From contig KZ537997.1 of the NCBI GenBank assembly GCA_000934665.2, forward strand, positions 1 through 64,000: 64,000 bases of DNA. The letters are read 5' to 3'. The notes under the pieces were generated by a model that did not search any database, was not told where the DNA came from, and worked only from the letters and a program-made list of their open reading frames with translations. Shown here piece after piece: positions 25,001 to 40,000 of this stretch (the first letter of the stretch is position 1; each line of letters opens with the position of its first letter). Position numbers and translations under genes: made by a program. Source of the stretch: Catajapyx aquilonaris. Taxonomy: Eukaryota.

Positions 25001-28000
25001 AGAGCATAAAATTGTGCTCCTTTGTCGTCGGTTGACACCAAGCCAACTGCTAGAGTAGGCGCCGACACTGATGGATCAGTGAATATTTTTTTTGTCAATC
25101 CCAGTTTCCTTAGGGGTGAAATTACAAAGAATCCTGTCTGACTAATAAGACGACAGCTATTGGGAAGGGACGGGGTTGGATCACACAAAAAACTGACTTT
25201 GAAAAAGTAAAAGGTAACAAAAAAGTAAAAGGTAACAAAAAAACATATATAATACGATGGCAATGAAAGGGCTTAGCCTGGAGCTGCTTTGTATGTGGCA
25301 CCCCCCATATGTACACCTCTTCAAGCCTAGGATTCTGAGCCCTTGACTTTGGAAGCAGAGGTCAGGGTCAGATTTTCCCAAGGGGATCCTTTCAGGAATC
25401 CCAACCCCATCTCTTGCAACGCCCCCTCGGAAGCAGAGAACATTATAATTGAACGCGGTAACCACAGTTTTGGATTGCTATGGTCGAATGTAACATGCGA
25501 GGTATACATTTGTGGTGATATTGGCGGGAAGTTCCTTGTTTTCTATTGAAGGAAGCTGTGGTATGCTACATACCGGATGCACGTAACCATGCTGTAATTC
25601 ACCTGTTGGTTTGTATGGATCAAATAATGTGAAATTGTTGAGACACTCGCAAATCATTTTCAGATGTTCTTGTCAATATTACACATCACACTTAGAACAT
25701 CGGAAAATGATTTTCGGTCGTGACTGAAAGGGGTAATGAAGTACCGGCAGTGAGCCAGACTGAAGAGCCGTGTGAGGTGACCGAATAGGGTATTCTTAGG
25801 AAGCGGAAGTTATTATCTCTGTCTTCCGGGACTAAACAAGGCAGCAGACACAAGGAGAGGGGAAGGAAGGGACCAAGGGGCAGGAAATAAATAAGGATCC
25901 GTCCTTTCATCTGCATAATCTTGCAGGTTTGCAAATTACCAGGGTTCGCGGTGTTGTAAACGCGGTTGAACATGAAGAACCTCGTAACCGAGCATCGTAC
26001 AGGAAATAATTGCTCTTTGCATCGGTGAGCTGTAGAACCCCCTTTCCTGGCGGCTCGTTTGTTCAAAGTCTACGGTTTTTCTGCCGAAATTGGCTTGTGC
26101 TCGAAAGATGAATGGCCCTGGTTGGACTCCCTGAAAAAGGAAGTGAAGGCAAAAAGGTATGGTACCTATGATGAAAAATGTACAAGATGGTCTTTGTCCT
26201 TCACTAATTTGCTAACTGACACAAAGGCGCCTTGTCCTGTCTGTAGCCAGATATTAACGATGTCCATAGTTGATGACCTCCGGTCTCCCTACTTGTCAAC
26301 ATGATGCTCCTGTTTAGTTCCGGATCATTGAGTTTTAATATAAAAAAGTGGTGTCCGATTCATGAGGACTGTTGATTGTATGGTGTAAAACATCTGGCGA
26401 CTAGGAAATGTGTGCATCAGCGTGTGAAGACCTCGGAAACTTGTTGCACTCTCTCATTAGGAGGGTCCAGGATGCTGGTCTATGCTGGAGAAAAGGCTGA
26501 AGTTTCCCATAGCCCATAATGATAGAGGAGTTGACCACAAGCTGCTATATCCGGCACGCGATTTGCTTCATTTCGCCTGATTTTAGATACAGCTTCGAGC
26601 ATCATATCCTGAAACCTACCTATACTTTGAAGTCGCGTTTTTTGTTGCGATGGACCTTAAGGGGTTATTTGGCTATCCCATATGCAAGATTAGTTAGCAC
26701 AATGAAAGCTGGTGCGGGCCTGAGAGGAAGGAGTGATTGGGCTATTGGTCCGGTTTGAAAGGCAATGGATGACCTCATTACGCCCGTCATCAGTAATACA
26801 ACGGAACACAAAGGACCGGTCTGAAACGATGAACGGCCCCAAATTGCTGCTGCATTAACCACTTGAATTGCCAGGGGTTATTTTGAGTATTGCAGAGGTA
26901 TTTCAATAGCACACGCATTTTTATGCTGGTATGTGCTGAAGACTTAGAATCTGCTTGGAATTTCGCACATGTTTTGCGTAGGCAGAGTGACATTTGGTTG
27001 AGACAGATAGTTTAGACTGACCTTGGACACCGTGGATTGCTGTAACAACACTAAAAGCCGCCTACGACCCACAAAAAAATACCAGCGGTGGTGTCAATCA
27101 CGCTGTGGCCAAATTTTTTAGGTGTCGAAATTAACATGTTTCGCACTGGTATGACCGCTGTCTGACCTCTCTGAAGCAGTGTCAAGTGCCCAATTGGTGG
27201 CTTCGGTGATGCCCTTATGCATAGTGAACAGGAAGGTCGGATCTATATCCAGTGTGGTACCAATTAAGGTCATGACCTGTTAGGGGCCACCCTGGAGCAC
27301 TTCTCACGCCTCTTACTGGGGGGCATTGTTTTCGGAGCCAACAATCAGGCTCGATTCAACGTAAACCTCTGACGACACGAAGGTAATAAAGAGGGACATA
27401 CTAGTCAGATTCAGGAGCATATGGAGGAGCTGAGGAGGCCTCCCAGGAGCCATATGGAGCGGAAATACATGCAAAGGACCACCACATCTGCTTGGTGGAG
27501 GCAGCCCTCCTGGCGTCGACCTTCCAGATATATACAGTGTACACTAAGTACTGAGTATTCACTGTGTGAGCCGATGCAAATAGGCAAAACTATATGTACC
27601 CAGAAGTGATGCATATCTCTCGACAGGGATGGGGGAAACCTGTCTACAGGGGTAGGTTGTGGTGGTCGGGGATGGAGAGGGGGACATCTCCATGTTGTCA
27701 GGTTGATGACAGACCATTTGTTTTGGCGGAATGCGCATGGCTGGAGAAGCCATCGTGTCATTGGCGCCGAAGAACATGTTTCGCTGCTGCGGTTCTTGTC
27801 TGTCACGGTGTTTGGCTGGGGAGGACGTGCGTAAAAGAAGATGCTGTGGGTGTGGTGGAGGTAGAAAGTTGTTGGTAACGGAAGTGGATTGGACGACACC
27901 CACTGCTCTTGTTGGCAGAAACGGCCTTCACCCCCTCGCACACACCACTTTGCCATCTCTTCTGTGGGTGGATGCCATCAAGGTCCTTGCCGCGTAAACA

Positions 28001-31000
28001 CCCTTCCACGTGGATGGACGGATGGATGAATGAATGGATAGATAGATCAGGCAGCTAGCTGATGGTTTCCCACGAATGACGGTGATGACATCACATCAAA
28101 TGAGAAATGGCGGCGGTGATAAGGAGGTGTGTTTCAAGTGGAAAATTCCGGCGATAATGAAATCAGGGGGGGCCTCTTGACACATTTCTGGTGGAGTAAA
28201 TTCGGAAGGAAATGTTTTGCAAACAGCCAAACAGGACGTGGTGCTTGCCCCGAGTTATAGGCTTGTTTACAAATCGTTAAAGAGAGATATTTTAATAGGG
28301 CTTCATCCATCTGGCTCCTGGAATCACAATAATTATTCAGGCAATATCGTTTTGGCTGGCTGTTGACGTCATATTGGATCAATGCAGTACAAACACTAAT
28401 GTTGGGATAACGTGACTATTCCAATACAATCATGCTTTCGTGATGTCTCATGCAACGATCGTGGCTGCAAATTAATTATCAATATTAGGTTATTACTGTA
28501 GTAGGCTATGAAGCTGTATTTTATTTGGCCCAAAATTTGGAGCATGGTGCACTGCGCGTTAGAATTCAATCAGGAATATTTATTTTTAGGTCTGTAACCC
28601 TAAACATGTTTTTAAGCAAGCAGCAGATGTGCGTTAGGTACTAGGGAAAAACCGTGGCGAAATTATTCAGTTTGCGTCGAAATACTGCCAGTTCCCACTT
28701 CTTGCATACCGGTATATACATTCGGAGGAACACATGGGCCACATAAATCATCATGCTATCAGGTCGACCCTTGCGTGGTCCTTGTCTAAAGCTGCTGATA
28801 CGACGATATATACCAGAAAAGAGCGTCCTTGTTGAGGGTCTTCAGACACAGATTCAAGAGCTCGACCTCCAACCTCGCCGTCTCTGCTGCTTTTTCCCAG
28901 AAAGAAGAAGAGGAAGGATGGGTTCTGTGTTTGTAGAGGGTTGGCTGGAATATGACCTTTGACCCAACGTGGCGCCTGGGTACTAATCGAGCAGACACTT
29001 TCCATTTGTCGGGTACTGTATGACATGCATTGCATTTCAAATCACGAAACTCCCGCTGATTTCACCACGGCGCTAATTACGGCCTATCTCCCAGAGAAGA
29101 CCCGATGCACTCACAGTCTCATGTGGGTTATCCTGATATCTGTCTTATTTTGGGAAGGTTGAGGTTTATGGGGCAGTATATTTAGTTCGCGCCTGCTGGG
29201 ATTTCCTGGGGAGGCCCTGAAGAGCACAAGAGACCTTTTGTCTGATGTAAGACTTGGAGTCCATGCAATGTGTAGGCTACCTGGTACAATTGTATTGCAC
29301 CGTTTTTACGAGTAGGGCCTACCAAGAATGTGACTTGTAAGGATTTTCTCATGAGCTGATGTATACCTGGAACATCTTTGCCACTCCCACCAGATTTCAA
29401 GTGGCATTATATAGCACTTGTGACAGCTGCAAAATTGTTTTGGCTATACGAATCACTGGAAAGATTCCAACTGGAACCAAAGAACGGACGTTGACCTAAA
29501 GGACAGATTTTTTTAAAACCACCCAGTCCCCTCCACCCCCCTTTCCCTAGGGGATTTCCGTTTGGTCAACAATCTATTCGGTGTTGCCAAGTCGCTGTAG
29601 GCGAGGACACCCATTTCTCCTAAAATCCAGGCGCCTTGTAGACCTTGGGAATAGCGGCGCCGGCAATTCCTCTGGCGTCCCGACGGCGCCGATGCCAAAA
29701 GACCCCCCCCTCATCTCCAACCCCTCTCCCATGGTAACCATCGCCACCCACTTTCTCAATTCAGCATCCATTTCGGACCGAACATAACCATCCGAAGTTG
29801 ATGAGAGGAAGAGGATGAGAGGGAAATCCCAATTGCTGACCCTTTTCTCCCCCTCCTCGTTGCACTTAGGCCCACCCCTCGAGTAATTTGGGAACCACGT
29901 GCCTGGCAGACTACAACATCATTTTAGCTTATGAAATATTCATACTAATTAGGTGAATTATGGAGTGAGCGGGGCTTGAAAAGGGGACATTTGGCCCCGG
30001 TGTTGGCATTGGCTGTCAATGACCATTTTTCATGTTATCTATGGGCATGAATGTAGTGCTAGGGGATTTGACTCATGCAATCAAAACTTTTTTTTTTTTT
30101 GGTTGAAATTAGTTGGCACCATGCGACCCAGAAGTTCGCAAAATTTTGCGATTCAGGACCAACAAGAATTTATTGGAGCAAAATATTCATTTGTGTACGT
30201 CATCCGAGACATATGGCATAACATATGTTTTGTGACATATGTTTGCCTATAGAAACCTGCATTATTCCAAATTAAAGGTGGATCGTAGACCAGGGTTACG
30301 CCCTTCATTGTAGACTCGGTTTTTAAATTATGTATCCTGAGGGTCTTGTGGGTTCACTCTAGTGTGGCGTGATGAAAGGATGAATAGTGGGGCTGGGCTG
30401 GGTGCATTTATAGAAAGGCACATGCATCCTTTATACACGAATTTAAACGGGGGTTTTTCACCTCTCGAGTACAGGGATACAATGTGCTTGTCAATGATGA
30501 TAAACCCGTATGCTTGAGCCGTGAGAAAATTCACTAAAGGATATTGTGTCGTGGGATATTGTAGACAAATTTGAAGTGGTTAAAGTGCGACGTCCACTCA
30601 CTCTTTTAATGTCGCACGTGCCTTTTGTGTAAAATTTGACACTACTGAATTTTGTAGTGTCGGAAGCCCACTATTCCCAACCGGGCGTATCCTGACTGAT
30701 ATGCAACCGACCCTGCGGTTACATACATTGCAGGATACTCAATAATAATGGCTCATTCTCTTTTCAGCTGAACTACCTGATGAACTACGGCTACTTGCCT
30801 ATGTCGGACATGGAGACGGGAAACCTGAGGACTGACAAACAACTTAATGCTGCCATTCGCCAACTCCAGGTATACTTACATTATTATAGTTTGAGAGGTT
30901 AGGATTTTTTTACAGTAAAATTGTCCATGCTTTGTAGGGCTGGGGTAGTGAAGAGAGTATACACTCCACTTATTTTTCTGATGGTGTGGAATATTCTGTC

Positions 31001-34000
31001 ACCTTAAAGAGAGCAACTCATGAAGTGTATAAGCTATACCATGTTGTATTAGGCAGTGTTTATATTGTAACAAATTTTTTCAGACTTATGCTGGTCTCAG
31101 CCCTACTGGAGTGCTGGATGATAAGACACGGAAATTATTGAAGAGGCCCCGCTGTGGCCTTCCAGATGTGTTACCTCAGGAAAGTCATAGCCGCAGCAAG
31201 AGGTACACCTTGCAAGGGCAGCGTTGGCAGAAGACTGACCTCACTTGGAGGTAAGAGCTGTGGAAGATGTCTGATAACCATTTATAAGCTGGCTGCGTAA
31301 CTTGTAAAGTCAAATATGAAGTCCAGCTTGCCCTTCGTTAGTGTATTTATCTCTGCCTACTGCACATTTGATAGCAAAATGAGGCAGTTTGCAACCACAT
31401 AAATGCCTAAAAGCTTTTTTCGCCACCCTGATCTGGATAAGCAATGGGCCATCTGCATCCTGCCACACCCCATATAATGGAAAGGCACACATTTTGTTTG
31501 TTTATTTGCATTACTGCAGTACATTTAGTTGCTGCCTGACTAAATTTTGCTGTTCAGTGTAAATACGAATTAATTTGCTTGATCCTTTAAAAACTTTTTC
31601 ACTGTACAATTTCCTGTAATCTGTAATTTGAACCTGTGCTGTGGGTTAAAACTGTTTAGAATTATTATGTACTGGTATCATTTACATAGTCAGTATCAAA
31701 GGTCTCAGAATAACCATCATTTGCATACTGGTGTGTCATCTACAATGTCAAGAGTATGATAGAGCACATATATTAGTATCCTTTCACAGCTATAGGACCA
31801 TTAGTGTCGTGATGAGGAAAATTCCATTTGCCTTGCATAGTCACAGAACAATCGACTGTGTGCATGGATTGCATGTAAAAATATTAAGGAAACATGCATG
31901 TCATAAATCTGCAGCGCCAGTCTTGTCTGCCTGCAGAGTCATACCGACAGTTGTTTTCCTGTTTTTCTTGGGTCTATTATTATAGCCATTTTCACCATCA
32001 CAGCATGTCTGTGTGAAAGTATAAAGTGATGAAGCTGAATGTACAAACTGACAAATGTGCCTAATATGTGACCTACTCCAATAGGTGAAAATGAATACAA
32101 TTATAATAAAATGATTAATATAAACTGGTAGAATGAAGTAGGACATTTAATCAAGACATTAAAGTATGGAGCTATTGTCACATCTTTCAACAGTTCAAAC
32201 TCCAGAGGGATATATTTAGCAGAACTCCTAACAATTCAGCAAAGAGCAAAGTATATAATGACAATGATGTACAATACCTTCTCACTTTTTTCACATTATC
32301 CACCAAGGGTAGGGCAGATGTTTATGTCAGAAATGTTGCCTTATTTACTTACCCATTTGCAACATGGTATGGTAGCTTGTAACTTTTTTCTGGAGACATT
32401 CTAAACAGGGACCATTTAATATTTAATGAAGAGCTGCACAGGAGGGTATGAAATCGTAATTAGATCCAGAGGGCATTGTGTAACCTACATGATTAATTGG
32501 TGTACTTGAACGACATCATGCATTTTCCAACCTCGTGCTGTATGCAATGTAACGGTATGGTGGTGTGGACGTAGAAGAAAAAAAATAATCTGAACAGCAT
32601 TTCATATTCTGTAGTTGCATGCAAGTTCATCCTGATCCTGAGAGCTAGGCAACCCACCCGCTTCTTGCCAGATTGGCGTTTAGTCTTCCGCATTTACAAA
32701 TTAATATCTGATGTATGCGTCATGTTTTACATGATGTTTTATATCAATAAAGCAGGGGTCATGACTCGTGAACGACACATGCTGTACAGTCAGCCTTGTT
32801 GTGGATGTTGGAGGTGGCCGCCAATGGCGCGACAAACTGTCTGGCATGTATCTGGGGGTCCGATATCTACTCCCTCTCGCGAAGAGCTTGTCAAACACTA
32901 GGGATACAATCATGCAGGCCATGGTTATTGTCACGTACCGTACGAGGAGCGCCCTGGTGGAAGAGGCTGGCACTCCGACTCAATCGTGTTTTCAGATGCG
33001 AATTGAGCGCTGGGGAGGTGGTGGGGAGAGGAGAGGCAATAAATTAATGCTATATGGACACTTACAGGGTGCACTTACATTGAGGTTCTTTTACATGCTG
33101 TGAGCGAAGACATTAGTACATTGTACCGCGTTAGTAATGTTGTTTGGCGTTTCATGCCGGATGAGGTTTACAGTATATCAGTAATCACTACCACATTGGG
33201 CGCGACCAAATAAACGTCATTATTTGTTTCATGTACTGTATCTGATACATGTCGTTAAAAAAATAAACCAGATGATGCTGTCAGCATGTTAGTCATACAC
33301 AGGGTGATTGACCCAATTGGACAATTTCACACGAACATTAGTAATGAAGGCAGCACATGTGCGAGCCAGTATTCTCTGACTGGAAGCAGTACTTTATGCA
33401 GCATTAGAGGGCAGATGGGCTGAGCCCAAACGTCTCCCAGAAAAGGAGAGTGAGTCATAAGGTGGTGGTGTAGATATGCCTAATAGCAGCTACAGCGTGG
33501 TAGTTAACGGGATTGGAAACAGACCGCAAGGCAGCCACAAACCCATCTCCAGGATGCACTTGTTTAGGATGTGTTAGACACACCCCTAAGTATATCCAGA
33601 AATTCTGAGCCGTATCGTCGAGGAAGGTAGTGCTGACGAAGTGTGGCCAGGAGATACCCAGGCCAGTACCGGAAAGCGATACAGCTTCGTTGGTAATGGA
33701 CACAGGAAGAACGATTTGCTCAGTGAGGGGGGCATGACAAAGTGTGTAATTGCGTAGTGGGTAGAGTGGTTTTCCGGCCTGGTATCTACCATAGGGTGGG
33801 GTAGCACCCTCACTTATCTCAGGTCCTCCATAACGGTGTAGAAATGTACAGTGCTTGGATGGATGACGATGACCTTTGCTGGTGGTGTCCCCCCACCTCG
33901 CAGACCCCCGACGGCCCAGTTTCCCAAATGTCAACGGTTCCAGTGCCCAATTGAGTGCTAACGGCCACGGGGAAAGAGGGAAGCCATTAGAGAGGGGGAA

Positions 34001-37000
34001 GAAAAGGTCTCCAAGTGCGCGATGTCTGGCTCGATCAAAACCTTCTCCAAAAGACCTTCAAGGCTGGGTGTCTAGGGCTATTAGAAGTGCTTCTTTGTTG
34101 AGGTCGAAATTTTTTTGGACAATGGAGACGATTGTGCTGCAATAAAAAAATAACTGCTGATAATGCTAGCCTTATTGCAAGCACAGCGGCTACATGTAAA
34201 TGCGACATGTGTGACTGGGGCTGATGCAACACAAGAGCGCTCTTATTAGGCCAGCTGAATGATAAGACGCAGTAGACTTTGGTTCCTTCCAATTAAGTGT
34301 GAGGCTAATTGCAAACATGGAAAAAGGATGTTGATACTTAGTAGCGCTCCTGTCGCGGAGGTCAGAGGTCGCCGGAATCGTCCCGGACACAATGCGCGGT
34401 TGCCAATCCAGCCCGTTATGAAACTGCGTGCTAGCAAGTTTCATTTATGTGTCTTCTGAATGGCTATATCAGCTAGTTAAAAAAAAAACTATTCTTATCA
34501 GAGACGATAACCCAATATCTGGAGTAAATATTGCGATTTTAATTCTGGTATGTCGGGGGCGTTTGAAGCCGCATAATTGGGTACAGCCGACCCCCAAATT
34601 GTTGAGAAATATTTGAGACCCGCCTGGCCGGTGGGCGTCTATGCCTGGTTTCTAGCCATCTGTGAAATCTGATGCCTTCGTTTCTGGGTTGGAAATTGGA
34701 CACTGCAGGAGAGGGAGGGTTCGCTAGTGGGGGAGTCCGTGACTGGGCAAGATCAGTTTTTGAGAGTTTGGAACCGCTTCTAGGACCTGAAAAATGTTGG
34801 GTTGATCAACGATTCTGATGCGACAGACTTGCCTGCGGTTGTCATTGTACAGTCTGAACGATTTCTGGGTTGCGCGTCACTTGTTGATGAAATTCAGGAT
34901 ATATTTCTAGAGCGCTTAATATTCAGACACAGGTGTGTCTCCTTGACAGCCTGCGACTTCTGTGGACAATTTCACCTGCGTGGTCAGACATATGGTTATA
35001 TAAGATGTTGTTGCCTGATCACCAGATGCTGTGTAGCACTTTTTGATCAGTGACGTTAGTGGTCGACTATGCCGCCTGCACTGTGGTATCACCCATGTAG
35101 GGACGCATGCCACATGATGAGTCGCTGATAGAGTAATTGGCGTCACAGCGTTAGTTGGCTGGGCGTCCTGATTATAATTTGGGACTCGGAGGAAGAGGAA
35201 GTGGCAACTATCAAAACGGAAACCATGAGAGTGAGCGAGCGCGACTCTTCTGCTAGTGGTTGTTGGTCGCTTTTGCTGACCTTTTTGGGAACATCTTGAG
35301 AGGCTGGTGTAATAAAACGGACCGACGGCAATAAAGAGCAATGAGGGACCAACAGTGGAGGTTGTTGAAACCTCCAAGGGCGCGGAAGATGTGGAACTTG
35401 TGGAAAGTTGGGTGGGTTGGAGGGGGGGGGGGGATATGTTTCAGCTGGTGGGAGGGGGAAGGGTCTGAAAGGGCAAATGAGACACGGAGGGAAAACCTTC
35501 TGTCGAATATGTTTCGTGAGCCTCTCGACCTTTTCAAGGAGTCGGAATAGCAACGAGGATTTTCTAAGCATATTTTAGCGACAAGTGCGGGCAAAGACTT
35601 TCGTGGAAAGAAAAGCGTTGACCTCTCTGTGTTATGGAAAATGCCCTAATTGGCAAGTTAATATGTAGGTCAAGTCTGTGCATCAACAACGATTATGCAT
35701 ATCAGACAGTGCACCAACTCGGGGTCGAAAGTAGGCCTCGTCCAATATTGCGTATTTGAATTTATCAACAAAATTACATGGGGTCAATTGGTCAGCAAGT
35801 GTGACGATATCAGGTGACTCATTTACGATATGTAAATTTTCCGGATTTTCTGGATTTTCTGGACTTTGGTCATATTTGACCCCCATTTTTGTTCCATTCT
35901 TCCTCATTTCTTGGTATGGCCATCACCAGTATGTCCCCCCTGGAGAACCCCACATTGTTTCTTGTCCCTTTTTGCCAACCTTGGTTTGAAGTTCGGAGGG
36001 AGAATGTTTATGGGGGTGGGTTCGGTCTGGTGGGTGGCGGCTGGTGGCTGGTGGGGGCCTATTTTCCCATCCGGCCTGCTCTGAGATTAGGCGGGTGTCG
36101 GGAGGCCTGCAGGCCTGGATATGCGATACCAGTCGTGGAGGGAAGGGGGGGAGTAGGGGGCGGGGGAGGAGCTGGGGCTAGGGAGGGGCGTTGCTCGGGG
36201 TCAGCGTCGGAGGAAGCTGGGGGCGCGTCGGCAGTTGGCATCAGACCTTCGTACAGCTCGGTTCGTCCTCTGCTGTGATCCCGCCATCTTCCGACCTGTC
36301 ACCTGCCGGCCAACACCTGGAAGCAACTTGATTCAACGCGGGATTGTCCCCACGTGGTGGTATATCCGCTCCGGCCACTCACTCAACCTGGATGTGATGT
36401 GGTGTGTCTTCGTCACAACCTCCTTGAGTGAGTGATCGCGAGTTTGGATAAGACGTCGGTGGTGCAACTAGGAGGCCCAAAAAACTAGTGTCTGGCTAGC
36501 TGGTCCCCTCCAGAAAAGAAGTGAGGCGTCGTTGATGGAGATTAATGGGCGAGCCTGTGCTCTGATCCCCTCCGAGTGACCTCTGGGAAAGCCAACTAAC
36601 TGTCTCCATTCAACTCCCCTCCCTATCCTGGCCTAACCCATTCCCCGACCTTTTGGATCAAGATGGCCCTTATGTACTGTGGTTTGTATGGTGTAAAAAA
36701 CTTTTAATAAAATATGCTTGTTGTCTTATCTCGAGTTGTTTCCTTTTAGTGAGTGGACAGAGGAATGTGTTGAGCTTATCGGAATAATAGTGCGATGCAT
36801 GTTCACAGGTTATGCATTCCACTGGCTTGGCACTTTGAGAGGAATCTGAGACGATGCTTATGGAAGTTGTGACGTCTTTATATAGGGGCGGTGTTGCCAG
36901 TCTGTCGCTGTTTTTCTATGGTTTGGGTGACACGTCACTTTTCTGTCGCGACGACCTCGTGGGGATTTGGAGTCTGCGTTCCTGTTTACTCACCGGACGA

Positions 37001-40000
37001 TAAGAACTAACGAGGCAGTGCACTTAGTGCCTATTGTCTCAGTTGCCTGAACCCTAGTGTAGAGCATTCCGGCGATATGACGGGGATAATCTAGGTGCCA
37101 GTTGAACAATGTTGCTAGTATGCGAGCAATTTGGGTTTATTTCAGGAAGCTCCGGAGGTCAGGTATAAAACTATAAAAAAACAACTATAAAATTCGTCAA
37201 CGCCAACAGTCAAATGCTAGCATTTATAAAATAAGCGGTATGCTAATGAACCTTCGCAACCAACAAGAGTTGTGTTGGAAAGGTAGATGAATGGAATAAA
37301 GGCCACGCCTGGAAAAGTTTGGGGGCTGGTCTGAGATGTCATTGTGTGTAAATGTGTCGAGAGGGCTTGTCCGACTGAGGGCCACTCGGCGGAGATTACA
37401 AATGATTATGATAGCCCCAAGTGTATTTTTGTCCGGATGTATATTCAGGGGTATATGGGAGGTTTGAATCATCACTTAAAACCAACCATACTATCTCTTT
37501 TCACGTGCAGGTTGGATAATGGAAGCAGGTCGGGTCCGGCCAACGATCACGTGAGGAGAGAATTGAGCCGAGCTCTGGAGGTTTGGTCTCGCCATTCCAG
37601 GCTCAAGTTTCGTGAAACCCTTGGAGAAGCGGATATTGTGGTGCAATTTGCCAGGTAAGCGGTACACACATTGTTGTTGCCACACGTGACAGAAATACAG
37701 TGTGTATTTAGACAGCACCATCTAGGGTGATTTTAAGTTTAATTTTAATTTTATGTCCTACGTGACTTTCCACAGCCGGTACCACAACGATGGGTATCCT
37801 TTCGATGGTCCTGGGCAAGTGTTGGCCCACGCCTTCTTCCCTGGTAGTGGTCGAGGAGGGGACGCGCATTTCGACGACGAAGAGCGATGGGCAGTCAACG
37901 CCTACGTCGCCGACGGTGAGTCCAATGGGCGAATTAATGGTGACTCATCCTCTTGTCTGGAAACAACCCAGAGGATGTGGCACTTAATTGCCGCCAATTC
38001 GGAGGGCTGCGACATTTTCCGCGGGAGATTCTCGTAATCGTTGGATTCCTTGCGGCGTCTCTGGACGAATTGCAGCAGTAATTCTTACTCGAGGAATTTT
38101 GCCCATAAATATTGTTTTAACCCAGATATGCCTAGTGTCCTACATATAGGACACTTGCTTCCAAATTGCCCCATACATGACAAATATGTGTATTGTCTAT
38201 CAGGTGAGACCAGCTTGTTCGCCGTGGCCGCCCACGAATTCGGACATTCCTTGGGTCTGGCCCATTCGTCCAAGGAAGGCGCCCTGATGAACCCGTGGTA
38301 CCAGGCATTTGGGGAAGATTTCGATCTTCCGGATGACGACCGCTATGCCATTCAGCAGCTGTATGGGCGCGGTGGTGCCGATGGGGAGTTGGCCACGCTG
38401 CCCCCCATGCCCACCCCAAGGCCCACCAGACCCCCGGACCATAAACCCACCAGCAGGCCCACAAGGAGGCCCTCATCGGGTGGGGAGCATGGAGGGAAGC
38501 CTTCCACCTGTGACACTTCTTATGATGCTGTGTCTGTCATAAGGGGGGAGTTGTTTATCTTCAAAGGGAAGGTGGGTGCAGTTGTCATTGCATTCGGTCT
38601 TAATTGTCACTTATTATTAGTGGCAGTTGAAAAATTGGTATTACAATAATCATGAGGGAACTAATAATATTATTCAGATGGAACTGGCTGCAGGTGTTAG
38701 AAAAAGGTGCACCTTTACTGCTAATATTTATTCAATGAGAAAATAGACATCAAAATGAGCAACAGTTACTTTTAACAATGTCAGCAATGAAAGTAACAAG
38801 ACTAGTGTTTGTGATGTCAATACCAGTTTTATTCAGAGAAATGGAATAAGTAATCTCCAACATAGTGTAGACTAATTTACATTTGAGGAGTGTGGTGGAA
38901 AAACATGACAACCCTCAAAAGGGTAATTTTTCAGGAGAGCAAATTGAAGTTTGCAATTTTATCACAAATCATAGGGAATACTTTCAGAGAGTGGGCAGTA
39001 GTTGCAGAACGGCAGTCATGTAACTAGTGGGGCTGAATTGTAGGACATGTAGGGCTGGCATGATCCTGTACGTCCAGTACTTCAACATTATCATGGTCAA
39101 ATGAATTTTGCCACATAATGGTTTTGAGTAACAGTTGTGACTGATTAAGATAATCCTTGACATTCATTGCAGTATTTTTGGCGCATCAGTCGTGATGGAT
39201 TGAAGTCCAACTACCCTGTGGAGATAGAGCGCTTCTGGTATGGTATGCCTAAAAACCTTAGCCATGTGGATGCAGTGTATGAGAGGCAGGACATGAAGAT
39301 TGTTTTCTTTATTGGTGCGTACTTATAACGTTCAGGACCTGACTGACCACTAACTTTGAATTGTCCAACCAATAGGACAATATTTCTGGGTGTTTGAAGC
39401 CAACAACCTACTGGATGGTTATCCCCAGCCTATATCAGTCTTAGGGCTGCCCATGGACATTGAACAGGTGGATGGGGCCATGGTGTGGGGACACAATCGG
39501 AAGACTTATCTGTACAGTGGGACCATGTATTGGAGATTAGATGAGGATGGAAAGGCTGAATTGGATTATCCTCGTGACATGAGCATGTGGAGAGGAGTTC
39601 CATATGGAATTGATTCTGTTTTCCAGTGGACGGATGGTATGTAAAGTGTATAGGAGATAATAAGGTGCTGTACTTTTCTAGGTAGGCCTAGCGTTAATCA
39701 GGATTGATTAATCTGACATTGTGTGTGAAAGAAATATAATTATATTCACAAGTAACATTTAAAAGTAGCAGCTTACTGCCAGAAAATATTTAACTACAAC
39801 ATTGACTTAAGTGGAATAACCTGCACATATTTTAGAGATTTTTATGCAACAAAAAGAAATGGGCATCGTCTAACACTATAACATTTCCATAAAAATTAAA
39901 ATACAATTTCTGGAAGATACCTAGTGAAAATGTCAAGCTCAAAAAATTGAAGATGCACTAGTTTGAAGCTCATTTCTATAACTCCAGGAACAGATATTGA

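Noticed and set aside
26050..27350. Possible decayed LINE on the minus strand (VLQGGP, RPVL, LQTGQG fragments)
   Set aside because: Motifs are short and scattered across frames, with no YADD; needs a translated database search.
27411..27956. 181-aa minus-strand ORF in Mmp2 intron 1
   Set aside because: No recognisable motifs; low-complexity composition with open frames on both strands.
28750..29900. GC-richer patch with several short ORFs in Mmp2 intron 1 (nested gene or Penelope-like relic?)
   Set aside because: No recognisable domain motif and no consistent splice structure.
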